A program made the position numbers and the translations under genes. Positions 33,172 to 41,802 of a stretch of DNA of 64,000 nucleotides are shown piece after piece. Within the stretch, counting starts at the first letter, position 1. Each line of letters begins with the position of its first letter. The stretch is from an uncultured virus (IMG/VR IMGVR_UViG_3300032007_000064) (lineage: Duplodnaviria; Heunggongvirae; Uroviricota; Caudoviricetes). A model generated the notes under the pieces. That model was not told the origin of the DNA, did not search any database, and was given only the letters and a program-made list of their open reading frames with translations. The stretch lies in IMG/VR virus record IMGVR_UViG_3300032007_000064. One strand, 5' to 3'.

Positions 33172-33186
33172 CGCAATTTCCTCCTG

Positions 33187-33807
33187 TTAAATTTTTTCCT
33201 TCAATATAATATATCGGTACATATTACTGCCTTCTCTAAGATAATTGTAGTAATATAATGGTGTTTCCATATGTGGCAATCCTATGTACGTTGTTCTCGT
33301 ATATCCAGCTTTGTGTAGTACCATATCCATAAATGCATCATCTTCAGCAGGCTGAATATGTGGAAAGCGAAACTCGTTAATATAATCACGTTTCAGTAAA
33401 TATTGCCAGACCATCGAAAAATATCGCCACGGAAATTTATTCGTATCAAACGGAATCCGTAAAATATCTAAATTCTGACTATATGCTTTATCGAGTACAT
33501 CTTTAATCGCAGTATTCGAAAGAAGCCAGTCATCGCCATCCATAAACCAAATATATTCGCCCTGTGCTACATCCATTGCTACATTACGTGCGGGACCGCA
33601 TCCCTGTATTTCACATTGCATGATCTTACAATTAAGGCAACTTTGTCGAATTTTCTCTTCGCTATTATCTGTACAATTATTTAGAACGAAAATAATTTCC
33701 ATAGTATAATCGCCAATATCTTGTTCTTTTAAAGATTTCAGCATAGGGTCAAGAAACTGCTCAAGATTATATATAGGAATAATTACGCTAATATTTAAAC
33801 TATCCAT
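33187..33807 (-). CDS. GT2 glycosyltransferase
   Basis: ISVIIPIYNLEQFL, EIIFVLNNCTDNS, GCGPARN, GEYIWFMDGDDWL, AEDDAF, YYYNYLREGS. Confidence 0.92.
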   Translation of the reverse strand: MDSLNISVIIPIYNLEQFLDPMLKSLKEQDIGDYTMEIIFVLNNCTDNSEEKIRQSCLNCKIMQCEIQGCGPARNVAMDVAQGEYIWFMDGDDWLLSNTAIKDVLDKAYSQNLDILRIPFDTNKFPWRYFSMVWQYLLKRDYINEFRFPHIQPAEDDAFMDMVLHKAGYTRTTYIGLPHMETPLYYYNYLREGSNMYRYIILKEKI

Positions 33808-34529
33808 TCCTCGATATCTCCTTTACTCTGTTCAAACGGCATGTAAGAATTTGCACGATTTGTTGTGTCACAGAATTTACATAGTTTACATGGCTGTTTG
33901 ATAAACGCCTCAATTTCTTCAGCAGTATGATCAAATATATCTATACTTAAATCTTCAGGCGTAATTCCCCAGTCCAGTCCGAAGTGATCCCAAAAGTCAT
34001 GAATTGTACCAGCGATGCAACATGGATAAAAGCGACCATCCTGAAAGAAGTACCATTCATTCTGTTTGATGTCACAATTTGTATAAGCTTTAATTTCATC
34101 CTGACTTCCAGTAGGATCGAGCGAAATATTATATAATCGTCCTTTTTCATGCCATTCTGTATAATTAAAGCCAAGCTGTTTATCGAGATGATAATTACTC
34201 ACAGTTATATTAATATGTAACGCATTTAACTCTTCGATATGCGGAACCATTCTTTCCCACAATAATCCGTTCGTTACTAGAACAATTTTGCTATGTGGAA
34301 AATATCGTCTTGCAATACGTAAATATTCCATAAAGTTTGGATTAAGAAGCGGCTCGCCACCCATAAGACGAATGGTTTGAACTTCTTCGATTTCTGCAAG
34401 CCGTTCAAACTCCCGTTGAAATTCAGTAATGTCTTTGTGCTTCGGTTTAGCAAATACTGAGAAGTGGGAGCATCCGCGACATTTTAAATTACACGCCTCA
34501 GTAATATGTGTTTCAAAATATGGTATCAT
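33795..34529 (-). CDS. Radical SAM protein
   Basis: CNLKCRGC (CxxxCxxC), LMGGEPLLNP, VTNG, C-terminal YPCC...CKLCKFC auxiliary cysteines. Confidence 0.9.
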   Translation of the reverse strand: MIPYFETHITEACNLKCRGCSHFSVFAKPKHKDITEFQREFERLAEIEEVQTIRLMGGEPLLNPNFMEYLRIARRYFPHSKIVLVTNGLLWERMVPHIEELNALHINITVSNYHLDKQLGFNYTEWHEKGRLYNISLDPTGSQDEIKAYTNCDIKQNEWYFFQDGRFYPCCIAGTIHDFWDHFGLDWGITPEDLSIDIFDHTAEEIEAFIKQPCKLCKFCDTTNRANSYMPFEQSKGDIEEWIV

Positions 34530-34552
34530 TTAATTACCCTTCTCCTTTAACT

Positions 34553-34598
34553 CAAAAAATGGCAACCCAGGGCGGCATACGCACACCCCGAATTACCA
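34553..34598 (-). terminator. Hairpin plus U-tract ahead of the radical SAM gene
   Basis: TGGTAATTCGGGG...CCCTGGGTTGCCA followed by TTTTTT. Confidence 0.45.
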
Positions 34599-34603
34599 CA
34601 TCT

Positions 34604-34879
34604 TCACTGTTTGTCGTCTGTGATAACAGATTCGTCTTTCGTCACTTTAACCTCTTTTTCTTTAACCTGAGATTCGGCAGCCATTTTCTTAGGCTGTTTC
34701 TTTTCCGGTTTATCAACAGATTCCTTCGCTCTGGATGCTTCAATCTCGGCAAAATATTTGGCACCACATTGCGGCGAACAAGCTACATCTTGATACCGGA
34801 ACTTATCAGTAGAAAGCCAAGTTTTACAATATTCATATTCTTTTCCACATACTTTACATATGCGAGTTCCTTTTGCCAT
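34604..34879 (-). CDS. Small zinc-binding protein
   Basis: CKVCGKEYEYC...ACSPQC followed by a Lys/Glu-rich tail; follows the tail tube gene. Confidence 0.7.
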   Translation of the reverse strand: MAKGTRICKVCGKEYEYCKTWLSTDKFRYQDVACSPQCGAKYFAEIEASRAKESVDKPEKKQPKKMAAESQVKEKEVKVTKDESVITDDKQ

Positions 34880-34898
34880 GATTACACCTCCTTTAACT

Positions 34899-34931
34899 GA
34901 AAAAATACGGTGGGAGAAAAACTCCCACCGT
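34899..34931 (-). terminator. Intrinsic terminator after the major tail gene
   Basis: ACGGTGGGAG-TTTTT-CTCCCACCGT followed by ATTTTTT. Confidence 0.65.
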
Positions 34932-34947
34932 TACTGTTTGTGATTTA

Positions 34948-35778
34948 TCAGGTTGTGCCAGTTGCGCCAGTTGTGCCAGTTGCGCCAGTATCGCCAGCAT
35001 TAGCGCCGAACACAGTGTAAGTCCACAGCAGAGCGGAGTTACCTGCTACGCAAGCGCCAGCAAGGGACTGAGCTTCGAAGTCATGCACAGTCTGGTTATC
35101 GCCCATCTCGATGGTGAATTCACCAGAGAAGTCAGCCTTCGGAACATAGAACTGAACACGATAAACGTTTGCACATTTATCTTCAGCCATAGCGTCGATG
35201 TACAGAGTGGCTTTCTTGGAATATTTATCAGAGATATTGGACAAAACGTCTGCCTGAATCCGTCTCTTATAGAAGACAGCAATTTCTGTATTATCTGCAA
35301 CACCAGAGAATGTCAGAGATTTTGTGGACGGATTGTAAGCAAATTTACCAGCAGCCGCAGCAGAATTCTGAACAAGCTCATCTCCCAGAGTGCCATCAGA
35401 ATTCTTGATATACAGAGCGTCAATTTCTGCACCTGCAGTACCAACAGCAACATACTGTGTAGTAGCAGCATTGCTCGAAACTGTCAGATAATCAGTCCAC
35501 GAAACTTCAGTAGCTTTATTCTCAAAAGCACCGCCAGTCTGAACTGCAAGCAGTCCACCAGACAGCATACCGTTCGTTCCGCTAATCGTAACAGCTTTAT
35601 TACGTTTCAGCTGAGAAAGCAGACGACCACCTTTACCGGTGATTTCCTGAACTTCCTGAGTATTGGCGATGCTAGCATTCTGCAGCTCATCGAGCACAAA
35701 AAGCAGTTCACCAGTAGCAATATCAAAACCAGTAATGGTCTCCAGACTTGTAATTGTAAGATCTGAAACAAAACTCAT
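34948..35778 (-). CDS. Major tail (tube) protein with a C-terminal GxT tag
   Basis: Strong codon bias, position, followed by a terminator; ends GDTGATGTTGATGTT. Confidence 0.8.
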   Translation of the reverse strand: MSFVSDLTITSLETITGFDIATGELLFVLDELQNASIANTQEVQEITGKGGRLLSQLKRNKAVTISGTNGMLSGGLLAVQTGGAFENKATEVSWTDYLTVSSNAATTQYVAVGTAGAEIDALYIKNSDGTLGDELVQNSAAAAGKFAYNPSTKSLTFSGVADNTEIAVFYKRRIQADVLSNISDKYSKKATLYIDAMAEDKCANVYRVQFYVPKADFSGEFTIEMGDNQTVHDFEAQSLAGACVAGNSALLWTYTVFGANAGDTGATGTTGATGTT

Positions 35779-35798
35779 TTGTGATTTCCTCCTGTTAT

Positions 35799-36512
35799 TT
35801 ATTTATGGATTAACCAGTTTAATTCATCTGGTTTCAATCCTTTTGGATCAATAGTCCCGGCGTATACGCCATTCATCTTATGCTCATAATCGATTTTGCT
35901 TACAATTTGTCTAACGCTTTCGTTAAACTGATAAATTGTTAAGTCTTTGGTGGTTTCATAGTTATACTTATATTGTTCAGTATTAACCATAGCGACTATG
36001 AGACTTTCGAGCTGAGAATCCATCTTGCGATTTTTTTGCCGCTTTTGTTTTTTTCTAGCTCGTTCAATCATATATTTGCGTGCTTCTTCGTTACCAGGTT
36101 TTCTTTTATCCCTTTCAAGATGATTAACCCTACGAAGAGTAGAAGCCATCATTGCATGAATAATTCGATCGATAATAATTTCGTTTTCCTGATCAATTAA
36201 AAACGGAAGACCACCTTCATCTGGTTCTGAGAAATCAAATTTTTTTAAATTCAAATTACCAAAAAGCAGGTGTGTATCGAGTTCTTTTAATGCTCCAAAC
36301 ATAAGCAAAAAAAGTTCGTAATCATTGATCTTAGAAAAATCTATTCCTATATCATCGAGTTGAACCATAAAATCAATTGGAGCAGATACAACAAGAGAGA
36401 GGGCGGAATAATAACCGTCCTCATCTTCTAAAATCTCTTCAATTGTTGGTATGTAGATTTGAATCTTTTCATTAATAGGAAGCTCATGTGCATACAATAA
36501 GCTTTGCGTCAT
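35799..36512 (-). CDS. Conserved virion-morphogenesis protein
   Basis: 237 aa; DLTIYQF and GVYAGTID motifs; neck/tail region. Confidence 0.55.
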   Translation of the reverse strand: MTQSLLYAHELPINEKIQIYIPTIEEILEDEDGYYSALSLVVSAPIDFMVQLDDIGIDFSKINDYELFLLMFGALKELDTHLLFGNLNLKKFDFSEPDEGGLPFLIDQENEIIIDRIIHAMMASTLRRVNHLERDKRKPGNEEARKYMIERARKKQKRQKNRKMDSQLESLIVAMVNTEQYKYNYETTKDLTIYQFNESVRQIVSKIDYEHKMNGVYAGTIDPKGLKPDELNWLIHK

Positions 36513-37048
36513 CCTGATTCAGCAGATGTATAATCGGTAATAACCGGAACATCTTCCTTCCTATTACTAGGTATGGCCTGTTTCGGATTATGCTGCCTAT
36601 TAAATTCTTTCATCGTAAACGTCATGCATTTACCATTGTAGTCTGTAACTGGTGCAGATCTTTGCATACCGCTTAGATTCAATTCACCCAAGCCATAGTA
36701 TCGACTACCGTTGATGACTTTACATATTTCAGAGCAAATCCTGTCTGTCCTTACGCCGCCACCATCGGGTAAGCGCAATCTGCTCCTATGTGCTAATACC
36801 CACACGCGAAGTACGGGTATCAAAAATGTTTTATTAGGTACATATTGCAGATCAACATCAAACATTATTATTGTGCTTCCGTCATGCAAAGTTTCAGGTA
36901 TAAACTCTGCAGGAAATACCTGTGTGTATGCAAGCTTATCTGCCTGTTCAAGTGGTACCTCTTCATTGATTAAATGCACAATAGTTTTATTTGTTAAAAT
37001 CTCTTTCATTAATTGATTTTTATAACCGAAAATATCTTCCAATTGCAT
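36509..37048 (-). CDS. Putative tail terminator/neck protein
   Basis: Position; GVRTD...NGS..YGLGEL; ATG at 37048 overlaps the upstream stop. Confidence 0.55.
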   Translation of the reverse strand: MQLEDIFGYKNQLMKEILTNKTIVHLINEEVPLEQADKLAYTQVFPAEFIPETLHDGSTIIMFDVDLQYVPNKTFLIPVLRVWVLAHRSRLRLPDGGGVRTDRICSEICKVINGSRYYGLGELNLSGMQRSAPVTDYNGKCMTFTMKEFNRQHNPKQAIPSNRKEDVPVITDYTSAESG

Positions 37049-37371
37049 TACAACCACGACCCCTTTCTGTCGATCGGATCCGTGTTGTCATCGATCGGTT
37101 CTTTCGGAAAGTGTTTATAATAATCTGCAATTTGTAATTCAAAATTATCGTCGCCAGTTGCTGTTACTTCTTGTAATACGAATTTAAAAACACCATTACC
37201 GTTATAAACATTATTAAGTTTAATCGGCTTAGTAAGTTGGAACGCCATCATCCTATTGGAGAGTGGATCGTCTACAATAAATCTGTTTTCGCGGTTTAGC
37301 TTCGCCGTATGTTCATTTCTAGCAATAGTAATTGCTATACGTGCATCACCGCGAGTGACGACAAATTGTCT
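37048..37371 (-). CDS. Head-closure (stopper)-like protein, exon 2
   Basis: Splicing yields ...YLTGELED|RQFVVTRGDARIAITIARNEH...MMAFQLTKP in frame; 246 aa in total. Confidence 0.8.
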   Translation of the reverse strand, partial: RQFVVTRGDARIAITIARNEHTAKLNRENRFIVDDPLSNRMMAFQLTKPIKLNNVYNGNGVFKFVLQEVTATGDDNFELQIADYYKHFPKEPIDDNTDPIDRKGSWL

Positions 37372-38352
37372 CTGTTTTGTTTGTGAATTAAGTTGTTAAT
37401 GCTTTTTCTATGTCCCATCCCATATGAAGTCGCTTCCATAGTTTTTTATACTTCATATGAAACAGTTCTGCCCATTCAGCAATACAATGTTTCTCGCCAT
37501 TGTATTCGTACATCTGCAATGAACGTTTGTTATAATTTTGCTCTTTAATTGTAGACCATCTACAATTCTCAGGCGTATAATCGCCATTATAATTAATACG
37601 ATCTATAGTAAGCGAATCATTATATCCATTGTGAAACGCCCATTCAGCAAATTTTTCGAATGAAAGCCATTCATCGCAAACTTTTATTCCCCGAGCACCA
37701 TAATTCTTATAGCTTATATCATTTGGATTTATACACCTATTTAAAATATGTCTATGTATTCTGTACAAACGTGTATTGGTCATACCATGAGTAGTTTGAC
37801 GTGTTCTTGCTCCTTCGTGCATTTTCCTCATTCGTTCACATCCACAACAAGTAGACTTCCCACTTCTTAGACTTTGCTCCTTTACTGCACGTTCTGTACC
37901 ACAATCACATACACAATTCCAATATCTTATATGTCTATTACCCTCAATGATTTTATCTTCGGCTCTTGACATAACAGTCCACATTCCGAATCTCATTCCG
38001 CATAAATCTCGTATCATGTAAATCCTTTCTATTCATTAACAACTTATCGGGTCGCTACTCCCGTCACGGTTTTCACCCTCTATTTCTCAATAGAGCACGG
38101 ACTATATCTTCACCCTCATATGTAGGGTGTCTGCCACTTCGACTGCGCTTACAGTCTACTCCTATATCGGATAGTCTCTGAACCCTCCCTTGTGGGGATT
38201 GGCTGCTGATTGTCAAATCCATATACTTTTCAAGCATTCACGCCTATCCATATCTCATGATTACGTTGTAGCGTATATGGCTATAATGAGTTTCCAGCAA
38301 TTCGACAGATTGTTTTTCAAGCACATTTCTGCGCAAGCGGACTCAAGTTAGA
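37372..38352 (-). mobile_element. Group I intron (981 nt) with an HNH-type ORF after P9
   Basis: P1 GGAU/GUCC; AAUUGCUGGAAA, AAUCAGCAGCC, UUCAGAGACUA, AAGAUAUAGUCC; ends ...AACAG. Confidence 0.9.
37388..38017 (-). CDS. HNH-family homing endonuclease
   Basis: WNCVCDCG, STCCGC, HGMTNTRLY, YGARGIKVCDEW, LTIDRINYNGDYTPENCRW. Confidence 0.9.
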   Translation of the reverse strand: MIRDLCGMRFGMWTVMSRAEDKIIEGNRHIRYWNCVCDCGTERAVKEQSLRSGKSTCCGCERMRKMHEGARTRQTTHGMTNTRLYRIHRHILNRCINPNDISYKNYGARGIKVCDEWLSFEKFAEWAFHNGYNDSLTIDRINYNGDYTPENCRWSTIKEQNYNKRSLQMYEYNGEKHCIAEWAELFHMKYKKLWKRLHMGWDIEKALTT

Positions 38353-38769
38353 ATCCTCTAACTCCCCTGTAAGATATTTGGTCCCGTCTTCTACATAACA
38401 CCACTGCTCATGTATCATGTCATCTTCCGACACCCACTTCAGAAGATAATTACATTGATGCAATTTTGCTCGTGTGTACAGTGTTCTATTCGCATCTTTT
38501 TCTATAACAAGCCAATGATTATCCATCCATTCGACGAGACCGCCGTGTTTGATATCTTCTCCTGGCAATGATAATATTGTTTTCTCGTCCAAATTGTCCG
38601 AGTTAATTATCGCAACAGTTTGTGCGATTCCATCTATCGTTACATCTGTATAAGACATATTATCAGGGAGATACTTAAATATATTATGTTCTTCCCTACG
38701 TTTGATAGCATTTCGTTTATTTCCTCCCCGGACATCAATCCTGTTTTCATATATATTCCATGCATTCAT
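38353..38769 (-). CDS. Head-closure (stopper)-like protein, exon 1
   Basis: GGLVEW..NHWLV, CNYLLKW motifs; neck-region position. Confidence 0.75.
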
Positions 38770-39110
38770 TTTTCAGCACCGCCTTTCCAGACTTGTGCCT
38801 TGATTCTATTGCAAATAGAAATAGCTTTGAAAACCTCACGCTTTGTTTCTTTGACCGTTATTTCCGGGGAATCTATTAAATATTGCAATATACTGACGAG
38901 AGATATAAACAATGGGTTGTCGTTTAATTCTACTATGACATGATTGCACCCGAGCAACTCTGAACGAAGACTTTCCAAATAAACAGGAAGTGAATCTTCT
39001 TTATTTTCTCGCATCGGGAGTATCTTAAAAAATTGATTTACGAGAACACTGAAATAGTTGTCAAGCATTTCAGCGTCCAGCTCGGTGCCTATAATTGTTT
39101 CAGCCATCAC
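38766..39110 (-). CDS. Hypothetical protein (neck region)
   Basis: 114 aa, overlaps both neighbours; FFKILP..KREVFK. Confidence 0.65.
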   Translation of the reverse strand: MMAETIIGTELDAEMLDNYFSVLVNQFFKILPMRENKEDSLPVYLESLRSELLGCNHVIVELNDNPLFISLVSILQYLIDSPEITVKETKREVFKAISICNRIKAQVWKGGAEK

Positions 39111-39562
39111 AGATGAAGCGAAGTTAAATCTCCGTGATTGTAACTATATTCACGAATGTGTTGAATATAGTCTTTATGAGCTTTTGAATATGCGTTCCCG
39201 ACACGCAACAAAAGTTCAGCAGGAGAGTAAAGTGTATAATCTCTAGTAGAAAGTATCTGTTCTAGGTTTTCTTGCCGATATACATACGGTTTCAACCATT
39301 GCTCAATCATACCATCTGAAACAATGTCAATGAGCTCATCAATCGTCTCTTCGTCAGCGTCAACCTCATATGTTCTAGCATTGTCATCGGCTCCACCAAA
39401 GAAGTCGATCTGGCAGACTTTCTTAAAGGTTGTGTTCGAAAGTGCCTTTTTCATATAATCTTCGACAATGCTATGTCTAATATCTTCATCTAAACTTAGA
39501 AGATCATATTCGGTGATTTTTGCTAAAAATGCGCCTATAAAGGCATCATAAGGAACGGTCAT
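39107..39562 (-). CDS. Putative head-tail adaptor
   Basis: Position after the capsid genes; FLAKITEYD, WLKPY, YSPAELL. Confidence 0.6.
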   Translation of the reverse strand: MTVPYDAFIGAFLAKITEYDLLSLDEDIRHSIVEDYMKKALSNTTFKKVCQIDFFGGADDNARTYEVDADEETIDELIDIVSDGMIEQWLKPYVYRQENLEQILSTRDYTLYSPAELLLRVGNAYSKAHKDYIQHIREYSYNHGDLTSLHL

Positions 39563-39573
39563 GATTCCCCTCC

Positions 39574-40125
39574 TTATCTTTCGATTAGCTCAATATTAAG
39601 AGCCTCCTCAAGGGCAGAAATGACCTTTCGTGAATCTATCTCACCGCTGGATACGAGTTCTCTAGTTCTGTATGACAAAGATTTTTTCTGACCAACTGAC
39701 ATTCCGTCTACAACGCTTTTAATCTCTTCAGGATCCTTAGAATAGATATCATCAAAATCTTCTAATTTAATTGCGTATTTATAATATTGGTTCAGACCAA
39801 GATATTGTACAACCCATGAATCTTCGTCATTAAACATAAACCAGTTATTAGCGAAAAACTGTTTTGCAGAACTTTTTGCATTACGCAGTTCACGCAGTTC
39901 CATCTCTTGTTCGTCGCCAAATGAATCCCAAATATAAGTCTCTTTAGTACGTGAACTCGTATATACTAACTTCCCTTGAAAACCATTTTTAACGGTAATG
40001 ATAGTGGTCGGATCAACGTCCTTGGGAATAATTGGCTTTTCTTCTTTAACAGCTGTGTCTACAATAGGCTCTTTAATATTGTTCTTTGTCGGTCGCTTCG
40101 TAGCGGCCTGTCTGCTTGTTGCCAT
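39574..40125 (-). CDS. Conserved hypothetical protein after the major capsid gene
   Basis: 183 aa ORF with AAGGAG RBS. Confidence 0.7.
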   Translation of the reverse strand: MATSRQAATKRPTKNNIKEPIVDTAVKEEKPIIPKDVDPTTIITVKNGFQGKLVYTSSRTKETYIWDSFGDEQEMELRELRNAKSSAKQFFANNWFMFNDEDSWVVQYLGLNQYYKYAIKLEDFDDIYSKDPEEIKSVVDGMSVGQKKSLSYRTRELVSSGEIDSRKVISALEEALNIELIER

Positions 40126-40142
40126 AAAATACTCCTTTCACT

Positions 40143-40174
40143 CAAAATGGTGGGAGAGTAGTAACCCTCCCACC
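40143..40174 (-). terminator. Hairpin/terminator after the major capsid gene
   Basis: GGTGGGAG...CTCCCACC followed by ATTTT. Confidence 0.55.
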
Positions 40175-40186
40175 GACTAAACTCTA

Positions 40187-41197
40187 TCAGGTAGTTTCAT
40201 AACGACCGATACCGGTATTAGTGTTCATAACAAAACCAATACCCATGTTCTCGGCGCAGAAATATTCCTGAGTCAGATCCATGTTTTCGGTAGCGTCACG
40301 CTGAATGATCAGCGGATTACCTTCGCGGACAACCTTGATCGGTTTGCTATCGCCAGCAATAATCGTCAGAACGTTGTCAGGATATACGAAATCGGTCGTT
40401 CCAATTTTATGACGCTGCGGAATCTTCACACACGGTGTGCCGAAGAAATATCCATAGAATCCCTGCTCATGCAGTTCTTCTTTAGCGCTATCACCCTGGA
40501 TAGACTCTTTCAGCTGACGCAGAGCTTTAGCAGTACCAGAAATAACAGCCTGTTTTCCGCCAGCAGCAGCTTCGATATGAGCGATCAGCTCAAGCAGAGC
40601 ATCCTCATTATAAGTACCAGCAGTCGGGAAATAGGTAGCACCACCAAGATCATCAGCAGTAGCAGTCGCCCAAACAGCATAGATGTCGTCCATCAGCTTG
40701 TTCTGGAAAGAACGACCAACGACATTAATCAGATGATTGAAATCAACACGTCCAGCCAGAATGCGGCTCAGCTCTTCATAAATACGAACAGCTTTCACGC
40801 TCGTCGGAATGACGATTTCTTTCTGACCAGCAATACGCTGACGACGAATACCCTGGTTACCACGAGCAACATCATCAACAACAAACAGTGTGTCATCTTC
40901 AACGATGAACAGATTCTCATCGCCTTCACCGACATTTCTATATTCAACAAGAGCGTTGAAGAAATCGGTGTTCATAATACCTTCCATAACGGTTTCTTTC
41001 AGAATCTCTTCGATAATCGCAAAGAGACCGACACATTTGCCGTCACGGATTGCTCTATAATCAAGCTTGGTGCTTCCGTTGTTAGCTTCAATCAAAGCTT
41101 CACGAAGAGTATCCTGAGACTGTTTTACAGAATACTTCTCAACGTTGCCTTTATAGCCGTCAACGCCAAGCTTAACAATATCTTTGTAATCAGCCAT
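40187..41197 (-). CDS. Major capsid protein
   Basis: 336 aa, highly biased codons, strong RBS, follows the protease and decoration genes and precedes a terminator. Confidence 0.85.
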   Translation of the reverse strand: MADYKDIVKLGVDGYKGNVEKYSVKQSQDTLREALIEANNGSTKLDYRAIRDGKCVGLFAIIEEILKETVMEGIMNTDFFNALVEYRNVGEGDENLFIVEDDTLFVVDDVARGNQGIRRQRIAGQKEIVIPTSVKAVRIYEELSRILAGRVDFNHLINVVGRSFQNKLMDDIYAVWATATADDLGGATYFPTAGTYNEDALLELIAHIEAAAGGKQAVISGTAKALRQLKESIQGDSAKEELHEQGFYGYFFGTPCVKIPQRHKIGTTDFVYPDNVLTIIAGDSKPIKVVREGNPLIIQRDATENMDLTQEYFCAENMGIGFVMNTNTGIGRYETT

Positions 41198-41224
41198 TTT
41201 TGCATTTCTCCTTTCTATATTTAA

Positions 41225-41779
41225 TTAGCCGGTCACGCCGGTATTACCCGTGTTACCGGTATCGCCAGTGTCACCGGTATCGCCAGTGACAACGTCTCCG
41301 CCGACTTCGATTACCCAGTATGTGTAACGTCCAACAATATTCTTATCGATAATTGCGCCAAATCCATCAGACGCAACTACCTTCAGCGTGGACTTACCAT
41401 TATCAATGGCAACCATCTTGCCAAGTTCGGGAGTGGTATCAAAAGCTTCCTCGGTAACGGAGAAAATGTCGTGTTCATGCAAACGATAACCACGAGCAAT
41501 CGTACCTGCCTTGTTATAGAAATTCTCAATGCCATATTTCCGTTCGTCATATACGATTTCCGGAGAAGCAATCAGAACAACATCAGCGATAGTATCGCCG
41601 GTAGCCGGAGTTTCACCGACATACACAGTGCGGGAACCCTCTTCAAGATTTCCCAGCGTGACAATATTGCCATTGTCAATATCAGTCATAGTGCCGCTCG
41701 GCTGATAACGCACAGAGACAAGTTCGCTGCGACCATCAGTGCCGAGAAGCAGATCAGTTCTAACAACTGCATGTGCCAT
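41225..41779 (-). CDS. Capsid decoration/auxiliary protein with a C-terminal GxT tag
   Basis: IDNG.IV.LG, ASPEI.YDE, FYN.AG..ARGY.L..DIFS; ends TGDTGDTGDTGNTGNTGVTG. Confidence 0.7.
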   Translation of the reverse strand: MAHAVVRTDLLLGTDGRSELVSVRYQPSGTMTDIDNGNIVTLGNLEEGSRTVYVGETPATGDTIADVVLIASPEIVYDERKYGIENFYNKAGTIARGYRLHEHDIFSVTEEAFDTTPELGKMVAIDNGKSTLKVVASDGFGAIIDKNIVGRYTYWVIEVGGDVVTGDTGDTGDTGNTGNTGVTG

Positions 41780-41802
41780 AATATTCTTTCCTCCTATTAG
41801 GT

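Noticed and set aside
35083..41224. Long + strand ORFs at 35083 and 40409
   Set aside because: Antisense shadows of the strongly codon-biased tail and capsid genes
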